Positions 53,361-64,000 of a stretch of DNA of 64,000 nucleotides are shown here, piece after piece. The notes beneath the pieces were generated by a model. That model searched no databases, had not been told where the DNA came from, and saw nothing but the letters and a program-made list of their open reading frames with translations. The position numbers and the translations under genes were made by a program. How positions within the stretch are numbered: the stretch's first letter is position 1; each line of letters starts with the position of its first letter. This DNA comes from Botryllus schlosseri (taxonomy: Eukaryota). The stretch covers positions 20,276,001 to 20,340,000 of the forward strand of contig CM119371.1 of NCBI GenBank assembly GCA_051294905.1, written 5' to 3'.

Positions 53361-53704
53361 ATTGACTTCACGAGTTATTGAAGTATTACGTTCATACATT
53401 CATTATATACTGTTTGGTCTCTATTCTTTAAACTTAAAATTTACATTAAATACGACTTGTATAGGAAGATATATACGCGAATAATATATCATGTAGCCTA
53501 ATGCATAATGCTCAAAGAAAAGGATAAACGAAAAAATATTTTATTCAATGTCCTCATTTGGATTTATATTCTCTATTGTCCTCTGCTCGTCCAATCTCTT
53601 TTTTACAAGATTGAAATGGACACTGTATCAGCAAAACTAAATACGTCACTCACTAACATCGAACTTAAATGGTTGATAACATCATTCAGACTGTGCAAAA
53701 TCTA

Positions 53705-53870
53705 GCGGCGAGATAGCGTAGTGGTGTGATCCACAGGTGCGACACCGGCGACGCCAATGGGTAGCGGGTTCGAGTTCGGCCGAGGTGGACTCCAGAAATC
53801 GTATCTCAGTGTTGAAGGTTTATCTAGGCTCCTACTCGCCTCGTGATTCCCATGAGCAAAGGGGTGCAAG
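53705..53870 (+). mobile_element. tRNA-derived SINE, family 1, 5' part
   Basis: GCGGCGAGATAGCGTAGTGG...GGTTCGAGTTC; similar to the heads of 19178-19450 and 31890-32165. Confidence 0.7.
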
Positions 53871-55206
53871 TAGTGCAGTGATGAAGAAACCAAAATCTGA
53901 TAAAGTCGAAAAATTCGGCATGTTTTTTGCGGTAATTCAATCCATATCTGAACGCTTCATCCACATGTCATGCCCTTCGTTTACGTTTCCCTTTGTATTT
54001 GCCGATATTTAGAATAGCTAATTCCATTAATGATAATCTTGGTTAGAGAGAATCAGTATCACAGAGTACAACAACACTTGTGCAGGTGTGCTCCATCACA
54101 GATTCCCTGTAAATTACCAATTGAATTTCTTTTTCGTGACTCCTATGGTCATTGACATCATCGCCTTGGGCAATTTGTCTAATTTAAGCGACTCCCACTT
54201 TTACTGTCTCATTTCGATGTGACATTTTTCTTTAAAATCTTCATAACATGAAAATCGTTTGAAAATAAGAAGAATGACAGAAATGGGAAAGGAGCTTCAT
54301 AAACTCAGTGAAGACATGAATTAAGTTGAGTCCTTGGCTGGGAGAGATAAAAGAAGCGTGGCTATTGATTTAAGAATCAGCAATCGTTGGCTTGTAAATA
54401 GTTGGACCGTAAAGAATGTGCCAGAGTCCCAGAATTCCACGAACTTCATTGGTAGTTTACATTGCTGCAGCTGTCCAGTATTGTTGTTTCTATTGTAACT
54501 TCCATTTGAATAGCTATTGTTGATAAATGACCCTGTTACGATTGCCCCGCGGCATGGGGCAATCGTAACGCTTCGGGAAAATTTAAAACCAAATATTTTT
54601 ATGATGAAATATTAAATCGAGTTCCGTGTTTGCTTCTATACCACATATTCGGTGGTCGATATCGATAAGTAATGAGTTGAAAAGAACATTTCCAGGAAAC
54701 GCCGATATTTCAATGAAAATGTGAACATCGTTACAATATTCCCAGGTCTCCACCACTAATTCTGTGCTATCATCAATGAACATGTTCCACATGTTCCATC
54801 AGGGGGGATTCTCTCATTGGAAGCATGTCATAAGGATCTGGAACTGTTTTGTATAAAACACGCATCATTCCACTTGCGCAGCATCGCATCGCAGGTCGCA
54901 TCCATTTCAACGCGGACAAGCCGCCTTCGACCATTTTGCCCGGTTAAATATAGTTCAATATCTGGAATCTCATGTATATTTTGCAGTATTCATACGTGTT
55001 CTGAGTCGAGACTATCAATAAACTATGTCTGCTGGGATTTTATTCGTATACTATATCCGGAGCTGTCTATCTTTGCAACATACATTGTGTGTTATGAGAG
55101 GACGGAAAGACTACTTCAGTTGGTTTATGTTTGATGACTTCTCCAATACCAATAAGGCGAAAATATCATCACCGAAGAAGCACGTGCATAGAGTATTACC
55201 TTGGAT

Positions 55207-56138
55207 CAGTGTTGGGATCAAGTCACTACCTTCGAGTCACGAGTCATTTCGAGTCATTGCACATTTTGACTCGAGTCAAGTCAAGTCAATCGGTTTTCGA
55301 AGGTGACTCGAGTCAAGTCAAGTCACTCGATTTTTGGAGGTGACTCGAGTCAAGTCGAGTCAAGTCAAGTCAAGTCACGAGTCAAGTCAAAATTCAAGTC
55401 AAGTTGCCTTTTCGTAGTATGAGGCATGATTACGTCATTACATTTTGCTAGTTGTCTGAAATACAGATTGAGTGGTCATTGATTTTGAACCGATGAACGA
55501 ATATCGAGTTGAATATACACCCAAGAAGGCGCTGTATCGCTCACACATACGTAGTCTCAGTTTATAGTTACCGACAGAAATAGAGAATAGAGAAACGAAT
55601 TGGTAAGATGCAATACATTACCCTTTACTCATTTACATATTGATATGATACAATTCGAGCCTGCGCCAATGGTTGAGGAGTATATAAGATATATTCGAAT
55701 TCAAAATCAATAAAACAAGAGGTTTGGTTAAGGTAGCCTATATAATTTTCTATTATATTACTTTACTGCTAGTTTACTACAACAATAAGCTGTAAGGTTC
55801 GATCATTTCGTTTGTGGTCAATTTATTTGTGAGAGAACAATGGAGGCTCAGTAAAACGCACGATCATTGAATGATTGTTCGCTCTCACGGGTTACACCAT
55901 TGTTTCGCGAACATTCCGAACATATGCAGGTTACAGTGATTTTTATCGACACCGATTAATTGATGACTTGAAATTGACTCGTGAATTTTGCTCCGAGTCA
56001 CGAGTCAATCTACATTTCTGATACGCCGAGTCAAGTCAAGTCAAGTCATTTTAGCAAAGTGACTCGAGTCAAGTCAAGTGAAAAAGGTGACTCGAGTCTG
56101 ACTCGAGTCAAGTCATGACTCGAGTCATCCCAACACTG
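55207..56138 (+). mobile_element. Intact hAT MITE (CAGTGTTGGG family, GACTCGAGTCAAGT arrays)
   Basis: TIRs CAGTGTTGGGAT / ATCCCAACACTG; perfect TSD CCTTGGAT (55199-55206, 56139-56146). Confidence 0.93.
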
Positions 56139-58034
56139 CCTTGGATACGTTTGATATGAGTTTCAAGTTGAAAATGTAATGTGATTTTTGTCTCTCAGAA
56201 CTTCTCACTTGAAATCGTATGCCCAGTGAGATCATCACTTGACGCTTAGCGGGATTTGTCCACCTCTATCAAGATTCAGCATTTAACACACAGTTCATAA
56301 TCTTGATCGCTTTATTTTATAGAAAGCAACTTCACATGAAAAATTATGGACGTGCAAGACTGTTTGGGGGAAGATACAGAGAAATTAAATTCCAAACCTC
56401 AAGCGTACAGACGACAGCAATTTGACACCGAATCCCATAGACTGTGTTTCAAGCACTATATTGTTTTGTAAATAATGAGGATGCTACTCGTATGAGTCTT
56501 CGATGAACCAGAAAGCAATATAGTTGACGATATTCTAATCATAGCAAACATATGTCTCAAGGCATTAACAAACAGGGAAAAGTGCGTAAACCTAATCAGC
56601 CGTATTAATATTCCGGAGAATATCAAAATGACAGTACAGTCTAGCTTACGTCTAGTATATATACATATATAGCCATTGGACACATTACAAAAGCGCTGCA
56701 ATGTCATATATGACAGGTGCTCGTGCTCAGAAACGAGTTACTTCCACTCTATCAGAGTGCTCAGTGCTCACGTATGTTTGACCAATTACACTGCCTACTC
56801 AAGTGATTTTGTTATTGACGAATTCCACTTTCCCATCAATGGTCAGCTGACGTTAACTACTTGTCAATTCTTCAACTTTACCAATGAAGAAGGTAGAATT
56901 TGGGAGTGATTGAGCTACAAATTTCAGGGAAATTCTCAAAAATAACTGACCTCTCACGATAACAGTGTACCAGTTTAAAATAGTTCACCAAAAAACGGCG
57001 CCATCATTTATTCATTACCAGTCACAAAAACGCCCAACAAAAGTTGATAGCCTTTCCCAAGGATTGACTGGAATAAGTCTGCAAGGATCCTAATACTTCT
57101 AACTAATTATTCAATTTTCAATTATTTTGTAGCTTCGTAGCCTATACGTTTTTACTTCCACTTCGCGTAATTTATGCATGGATTGGACATCGCTATAATT
57201 CTACTTCTAGCTTATTGCTAGTCACGTGACAGTACTTTTACTTCGACTTGTATAGCCGTTTAACCTGCTAAAAAACCCGATATGTAATAAAATTACTGTG
57301 ATGACGTTTGATAATTCTTACCACCGATATACTTCCATAATGATGAGACACCAAAAGCAAAACATATAGCGCATACTAATTTAATATTTCTGGCTTATTC
57401 CATTGCGCCAAAACCAATATACATTGAAGATATCCATTACAATGAACCAAAGCAAAATATGTTCCAAAAATGACGGATTTAGTTACGTTGGTCTTTCAAG
57501 GACATACGGAGATACGCGATCTTCGGAGGCTTCCGTCTTGACTCAATCAAATTCTGCCGAAAAAGCTGATATGTAATTACATCCAACAGCATGATTTAAT
57601 ACAGTGCTTTTCAACCTGTTTGAGCGTCATCCGGGATTTTTTAGCACGTAATATTTCATCCGCACAGATGAACCGCAAATTGGTATACCAAAAGAAAATT
57701 AAGACACTTAATAATATTTTATTCAGGTGTGCAAGTGGGCTACTGATTTAGGCCATCGAGTGTCTCACTAAAAAGACAACAATTTCCCTCGTTTTGATTT
57801 ATTTCAACCATAGCGCATCATTTCGACCTAATCAGTTTTTTGGTTTTATACGGGAAATTCTAGTGCTTGATAGTGATGAGCGGAGTCTGCTTTTCGAGAC
57901 TCCGAGTCCCTCCGACAACTTTGTTCTCTGAGGCAAAGTCCCTCCGACTCCGGGGATCTCAATCCCAGTCTCCGAGATAACCCGAAGAATCTTGTCCAGT
58001 CTCCAAAACCATATCGGTAGAGGTAGTTATTCAA

Positions 58035-58693
58035 AACCATTGTCGAAGAATCCCAATCGATGTTTTCGATAGCCTGTCTGATATTCAGACCAGTTTTCTT
58101 AGTATCCGTGAATTGCCGAACAGTCGCAACATTACTTCTGAGAGTCAAGATCTCTCCAACAAAATATACAGTCAAGCTAATAGAACTGCGACCCTTTAGA
58201 TCGGTCCACATATCTGTGGTGATGCCAGCCAGCCCATAAGACTTGATAGCAACTCTTAGTTCCTCTGACAGCTTCTGCTTCAAAGATGAAGCCTCCTCAT
58301 CCAACTTACATTTCACTGTAAATCTGGATGGCAAAACGTCTTCTGCACAACACCACGGCAAACCGGCACTTCTTCGGTATATTCTCCACCCGGCGATCAG
58401 TGTTCCCCATGATCACCTTCTCCTTTGATTTCTCGCTTACTTTTTTGTTGGAAGAAAGAAAGGAACTTTCTTCAACTGCGATCAATTCTTCTTACACGCT
58501 TCGCTATGTCTTCGAAGATGCGACGTACCACTTGTCGACTTGTGATGCTTTAGCTGAACATTGCAATTTTGACATCTCGCAAACCCAGTTGGTCGTTATT
58601 ATCATGCAGCATCAGAGTGAAATCCTTCCACACATCACTCTTTTTCTGCATCTTTGTGGGTAACCCACTTGACGTCGACGGTGCTTCAGCCAT
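58035..58693 (-). pseudogene. Decayed Ac/Hermes-type hAT transposase (BED finger and first catalytic Asp region)
   Basis: MAEAPSTSSGLPTKMQKKSDVWKDF.../RCQNCNVQLKHHKSTSGTSHLRRHSEAC (BED finger, frameshifted); GITTDMWTD...SISLTVYF...KKTGLNI; truncated by a MITE-like end at about 57871-58020. Confidence 0.8.
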
Positions 58694-59583
58694 TATATTA
58701 AAACGACGAAGGAAGACCAGTCAGTTCGAACTAACTACCACTAACACCACTGGAATCGACGATCACAGGTTTCAGTAAATTAAGTTCCGCATCGCCATGA
58801 AACAGTTGATGGAACTGCACTAAACATACATGATGCATCGTTGACGCACCGATCGACGCTCCTTGGAGTTGACTAAATGACTAGTGAGACTGACTTCCAA
58901 TTTTGAAGCTGATACATGATATCTGGAATTTGGAGTCTGAGACAGAACAGCAGCAGAAACTTGATTGCGGTGCTGTTTTTTCTTATCACATCAAAGTCAT
59001 TTCTCAATCAAACCAAACATTACATGACGAATATTCAGATGAGTTCTGGATGACTGACCACGTCAATCAATATTGGAGGAAGCGTAGTTGATGCGAGCAG
59101 AGGAAAGCAGTAGGTTGCAGTTAGTGTGGCTGTTCAGAAATTCGGAATGTTTTGTTTTTACAGGGTAAGATCAGCTTACCTTAGTGATTTATGTATTGTT
59201 GAAATCTTTAAAGCGGGCTTAGATGCTGGTATGCCTCTGAGCGGATCTTACTAGCGAAATGTCATTAAATCATTGTAACACATTGGGAGCTTGTGCACGA
59301 TCTGCCCTAAGTCAACGGTATTTCGGTCCCGGCGCTCAGGCAAAATCCGCCGTTTCATAAACGGAAAATTATTAATGGGCACACTGCTTTTTACCGGGTG
59401 GAAATTACAATAACCTGTCTGCTTTTGAAGCTGAATGGGAAATGAAGGTGTTAATATTGAATGATAGTAATTCTATAAAATCAAACGAGTGGATTTATAT
59501 AGATTGTTACGAATTAGTGATTTGAATACTTATAAATATCGATGTATGATATGATTTGCAGGCGAACTGTAACGTATCCGATA

Positions 59584-59616
59584 TATAAAAGGAAGTTGTA
59601 TGAGTCGATATAAAAG
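59584..59616 (+). promoter_or_regulatory. Two TATA-box-like TATAAAAG motifs upstream of the Merlin transposase
   Basis: TATAAAAG at 59584 and 59609, about 100-130 nt before the ATG at 59712; function not shown. Confidence 0.3.
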
Positions 59617-59711
59617 GCGGGCATCGCAGTCATTATAATCAGATGATCATCGATCGCGAATCGTGAATCAATAGCTGACAGAAAAGCGGTTATTGCGGAA
59701 CGAGGAAAATT

Positions 59712-60641
59712 ATGAATATACAGCAATTGGCAGTGACGGGCGTTATTACTAACCTGGACTGTTGCATACAATTTATGAGAGATCATGGAGTGTTGGCGAA
59801 ATCAATGGATTGCTCTCTGTGCGGGATTACGATGAAACAGGAGGTCACCGGTGCGGTAAAGGACGGCTATCGATTTCGATGCATTAATGCAGCCTGTCGC
59901 ACTACTTCAAGCATAAGAAAAGGATCCTTCTTTTCAAAAAGTAATCTGGGATTAAAAGAGTTATTGCTCGTAACTTATTTTTGGACGACTGAAGCACCAC
60001 AGCATAGAATTGTGTCGGAAAGTGGGGTTTGCGCCAGATCGGTAATAGATTGGTGTAATTTCTTGAGAGAAATATGCTCCGAAGCACTTATGCGGGACAC
60101 AAGTCAGTTGGGTGGAGACTCAATCGTGGAAGTGGATGAAACGCTGATTTCAAGGAGACGCAGAGGTACTAATGCTTCTGGACGTTCGGTTGCTTCTGCT
60201 CAAGTCTGGCTTTTGGGAGGCATTGATAGATCCTCCAAGAAGGTATTCCTTGAAATTATACCCCCAGAATTAGGACGAACGGCTCCGGTTCTTGAAAGTT
60301 TAATTGTGAAACATGTAAAACCAGGGACAACGATCCATACTGACTGTTTTGCCTCTTATCGAAATTTAGAGCGATTGGGGCAAGGTTATCGTCATCGTAC
60401 GATAAATCACAGCTACTCCTATGTATCTCCGGAAGACCGAACATTGCATACCCAGGGGATCGAGAGCATGTGGTCCAGCTTGAAAAAGGCAATCAAACGT
60501 GGACATGGTATCCAACGAGATTTATTGGCTTCTTATTTGGATTTCTGGGTTTGGGCTCGTGAGCACCCCAGACAACGAAGATTCCTGGATTTCCTGCAAG
60601 CAATAGCTTCCAATCCGAAGTATGACGTATCAAATCTGTAG
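59712..60641 (+). CDS. Merlin/ISXO2-like (IS1595 family) DDE transposase, 309 aa, intact
   Basis: N-terminal Zn ribbon (CSLC...FRC...C), SIRKGSFF, catalytic motifs IVEVDET, WLLGGIDR, PGTTIHTDCFASY, HRTINHS, HTQGIESMW, then SYLD. Confidence 0.93.
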   Translation: MNIQQLAVTGVITNLDCCIQFMRDHGVLAKSMDCSLCGITMKQEVTGAVKDGYRFRCINAACRTTSSIRKGSFFSKSNLGLKELLLVTYFWTTEAPQHRIVSESGVCARSVIDWCNFLREICSEALMRDTSQLGGDSIVEVDETLISRRRRGTNASGRSVASAQVWLLGGIDRSSKKVFLEIIPPELGRTAPVLESLIVKHVKPGTTIHTDCFASYRNLERLGQGYRHRTINHSYSYVSPEDRTLHTQGIESMWSSLKKAIKRGHGIQRDLLASYLDFWVWAREHPRQRRFLDFLQAIASNPKYDVSNL

Positions 60642-60938
60642 GGAGTAGGAATTACTTGCATCCGATAGTTACAACGACCGGACAAAAGATAAAACAAATT
60701 ATAGGCTAGTGTAAAAAAAAAAAACGGCCCAAGAGGTTAAAGCGGTGTGATCAAATTAGTAGTGGTAAATATTTTTAGTAGAATAGGGTAGCCGGTTGGA
60801 TAAGTACTATTATCAACGGGTATATTGATTTTGTCTTTTGCAGAAAAAGGATAATTTAGGATTTCAGTTAAGGAAGCGAATGATCTTGTCTGCTGATCCA
60901 CCAATTTCCGGACCGTGGTGTACGTATTTAATATTGAT

Positions 60939-63293
60939 ATGTACAATTGGGGCTTCGCTATATCATATTGTATTGTGCTGTTGGCCTTGGAAGTCACACT
61001 TGGCCACGGTGGAGCACCTTTAAGGGATCACATTCATGGCGACCGTTCGAGAACTATTACAGATGCCAGATTTGGAAGATTAACAAGCTCAATGCCCGAG
61101 GGATGGCAGAAACTACCGAACACACGATGGGAATCGTATAATTTAAGTCACGTCTGGCAAGAAACAGGAGATGACCAGCATCGTTTTGAGAATCCTGGGA
61201 TGTTTTATTCGTCCACTTTCGGGTATGTGATAGCCGAGAAGATAAGCTACAGACAATATGCCTTTCCGCAAGGTCATTTTTGGACGGATAGCAATGAATT
61301 TGAGCGGACTTGCTTATGTGAACGTAGAATAGGGTACATTGTGCCTGGTCTTCAGTATCAGGCCCTGAAAAAGACCGTAACGTACACCCGCGAAACAGGA
61401 TCTTATCTCAGATTGCATTGGAATTGGAATATGACGGACTCTGATGTCCGGCAGTTCAATCCGGGAAATAGGTTTATAGAAGCTATGACCAAATATAAAT
61501 TGGTGCTATTAAGATTGTTCGATAATTATGCCAGTATTCGTGCATCTTGTCACGTGCAAGAAGAAAACAACAAGACCCAAGCCGATTTATACAACGTATT
61601 CAATCATTCTAAGAATGAAATTGCACATTGCTAACCAAAAAATCATGGGCATGAATGTGTCTTGTGCAGTATGGTTGGATTGGTATATGCTTTCGAACCG
61701 GCAAAACCCGACTTATTGATTATGGAAGTGGATTTCTCCAAAGGGCTCGGATATTGGGAAGGCGATACTATACCTAAGCGAAAATCGTGGTGGGATATTG
61801 GTCAAGAGCGTCGCCCGGTTGCTAATTTATGGCCAAGAGAAACTAATCAGGCATGGTGGGTAGTGCTACCAGAGCGTGTTAAATGGTTGCTTCCCCTTTA
61901 CGCATATGATAAAGTTCAAGATTTGAGAGACGGTCTTCCACGCAGGACACAGGGGTGTCTTCCGTTATATTCTGAATTTCCATCCATGACCAGAACTGAT
62001 GAAGAATGTAAAGCCCGTGTGCTGGCAAATGCCGAGCGTTGTCGTGACCCTGTCGGTGGATTAGAAATTAAATTAGCGCATTTTGATCACATTCATTACG
62101 ATACGGAAAATGGAGCTTTGAGATTTCCTGGGCCACCGCTGATGATCAAGGGTCACGGTAGGAGTGAAATGCGTGGCATACAGTCTTCCAAACGTACTAA
62201 ATCTCGAAAGAAAAGGTTCTTGTTTTTTGCATTAATAATGGTTTTTTCGTCAATTTTTACATTAACTGCCGCATCAACATTACAGAGTGAGTTTAATGCT
62301 AGGACGAAAGATCTTACTGACCAGTTGAACACTAGGTTTACATTGTTAGAGAGTGATCTTAAGGAAGTGGCCGACAAAGTTAACCAACTCGCAGCGGTAA
62401 CGGTGTCCCAGGGTCAAAATCTAAATCAAGTAATCATAGGAATGTTAGAACATGAGCGAACGCGCGACGCCCAACTTGAGGCCATTATTGCCCAAGTTCA
62501 TGAAAACAAGAATATGATAATAGCTCAAGCAGACTTGTATTTTTCTACTATTCAAACTGTGCACTCTATGACGATCGCAGAAGTGGCTGTAAATGATTTG
62601 ATTATTTCAAAGTTACAAAATAGCACGGGAAAAGCTATTTTTGATTCAACCAAAGCTTATTTAGTGCGAATTAAAAATGGACTAATACATTTGAAAGAGC
62701 ATGGCCAATTGATAACCGCGTATCAGTTGGATTATCGGAATTTTTCTAATCATCAAGGTCAAATTTTAAAGGCGGCGCGTGAAAAATTGAATGACACCAT
62801 GGCAGAGACTGAATATAGGGTTAAGGTTTACCAACAAGGGGTGAATAGCACCTTAGTTTTGAACACTACCGAGTTTAGCCACGATAACATAACCTTCATT
62901 TCCTTGAACGGCTCGATAGGAAAAGAACTATTCCAAGATATAGGATATGGCATAAAAACTGTAGCTGAGGGCACCGGCCATGTGATTAGTGAAATTTTGC
63001 AAGATACGGGAACTCTAATTAAGACAGGTGTCGATGGAGTTGGAGATATGATTGGTACCGGGCTAGGATCTATTTTTGGGGGATTAGGAAAATTTCTAAT
63101 TCCGATTGGCATAGTATTGGGTGCATTAATAATAATTTATTGTCTGATAAAATTCTCCCCAGGTTGTAAAAGTCGAAAAACTACGATAGCTGAAAGGAAT
63201 AATCATACTGAAATGGCTACTTTTGTCACAACCGTTGTACCACGCCGAAATATCGTTAAAAAAGTAGTGCGGCGATCTGAGTATAATGTATAA
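60939..63293 (+). CDS. Virus-like class I membrane-fusion (envelope) glycoprotein, about 784 codons, interrupted by one in-frame TAA (61632-61634)
   Basis: ORFs 60915-61634 and 61662-63293 share one frame. Signal peptide MYNWGFAISYCIVLLALEVTLG; Cys/Trp-rich N-terminal subunit; KSRKKR|FLFFALIMVFSSIF (furin site 62205-62216, then hydrophobic peptide); heptad helix; N-glycosylation sequons; Gly-rich membrane-proximal region; TM FLIPIGIVLGALIIIYCLI; short tail. Confidence 0.8.
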
Positions 63294-63371
63294 ATTTTGT
63301 GCGATCTTACTTATAGTTGCAAATATTTAGAAATAGACTTAACCTATACATATTGTATTGAGGATATCATT

Positions 63372-64000
63372 ATGAAGCCAAGTGTCTGTCTTAATTTCGG
63401 GATGTGTTTCGTAACATGTGCCCTGTTCGCGCGGGGTGAAAAAGATAATTGGACATTGGCTGACTTGAAGATTCAACCAATCACGAGGCTGAATTACGAC
63501 CTATGGATAAATACTACGACGCGGTTGTCGGAACGAATAGCTCTGCAAGATTTGTTCCAATTGCCGAAGCTTGAGGGATCCTTGAATTCAACAAAATGGG
63601 AATCAAGACGATATGGTATGATTTCATCGAAAAATCGTACAATTAGCGAAAATCTCCAACCCCGTGGTAAATACTGGACCGATCCTGTAGCGTTAGAGCA
63701 ACAATGTCTGTGTGTTCGATCATTGGCTTTGGTTAGGCCGAGTTTGCAATACAGTAATCTATTCAAAAATGTCACCTATCATAGGAAACCACAATCCGAT
63801 TTAAGACATATGTTAGTTTGGGCGGAAACACCTGATTCATTAAGGCGGAATAATAATTTAAATGTATATAATGGCGTTATGACAATTTATAAATTTCTGC
63901 TCATTAAGTTACTACAGCGGCATTTGGTTGTTCAGGCCTCTTGTGAAAACACTGATGAGAATGATTTGGCTGGATCCACAGATTTCCCGATGAATATATT
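63372..64000 (+). CDS. Second, paralogous glycoprotein gene (partial; open to the window end, not in the ORF track)
   Basis: 209 open codons starting MKPSVCLNFGMCFVTCALFARG (signal-like); PRGKYWTD...CLCVR...PSLQY..LFKNVTY...QASC aligns without gaps to the upstream glycoprotein (37 of 95 identical by manual count). Confidence 0.8.
   Translation, partial: MKPSVCLNFGMCFVTCALFARGEKDNWTLADLKIQPITRLNYDLWINTTTRLSERIALQDLFQLPKLEGSLNSTKWESRRYGMISSKNRTISENLQPRGKYWTDPVALEQQCLCVRSLALVRPSLQYSNLFKNVTYHRKPQSDLRHMLVWAETPDSLRRNNNLNVYNGVMTIYKFLLIKLLQRHLVVQASCENTDENDLAGSTDFPMNI

Noticed and set aside
54250..55200. Protein-like minus-strand fragments (also about 33560-33900 and 34700-35560)
   Set aside because: Multiple stops and no recognisable motif; cannot be supported without a homology search.
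57846..58035. C-terminal part of the 171-aa minus ORF as transposase sequence
   Set aside because: It reads through a MITE-like end with CTCCGA repeats starting TAGTGATGAGC; only the TTDMWTD-containing part is hAT-like.
59712..60641. Bacterial IS1595 contamination
   Set aside because: The neighbouring genes have eukaryotic secretory features (furin site, N-glycosylation sequons) and the block is contiguous with animal-type repeats. A Merlin element is the simpler reading, though read-level confirmation is still needed.
60939..63293. env gene of an ordinary LTR retrotransposon or endogenous retrovirus
   Set aside because: No gag, pol or LTR upstream, and no polypurine tract or LTR after the stop. 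A paralogous gene follows instead, and the retroviral TM cysteine motif is absent.

Overview
Eukaryotic (probably invertebrate animal) AT-rich DNA made up almost entirely of transposable elements. I could not identify an intact host gene. (1) Most notable, at about 59.3-64 kb: an intact Merlin/ISXO2 (IS1595-like) DDE transposase is followed in the same orientation by an intronless gene for a virus-like class I fusion glycoprotein. That protein has a signal peptide, an RKKR furin site, a fusion peptide, heptad repeats and a TM anchor, and its frame carries one in-frame TAA. A second, diverged paralogous glycoprotein gene follows and runs off the window end. No matching right terminal repeat is visible after the transposase, so this is a candidate envelope-carrying DNA transposon or transposon-virus hybrid. 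(2) A complete 7.65-kb CACTA/EnSpm-like element lies at 38876-46525, with CACTCTAAATT TIRs, a TA TSD and an empty paralogous site at about 7.9 kb. Its 815-aa zinc-finger transposase sits inside intron 1 of a multi-exon SAM-domain (SAMD3-like) gene. (3) Decayed Chapaev3, Ac/Hermes-type hAT and Buster-type hAT transposase remnants are present, plus a 5'-truncated LINE with a 12-bp TSD. (4) The rest is two tRNA-derived SINE families, a 620-bp foldback and many nested hAT MITEs with 8-bp TSDs. All family assignments come from motif recognition by eye, not from database searches.
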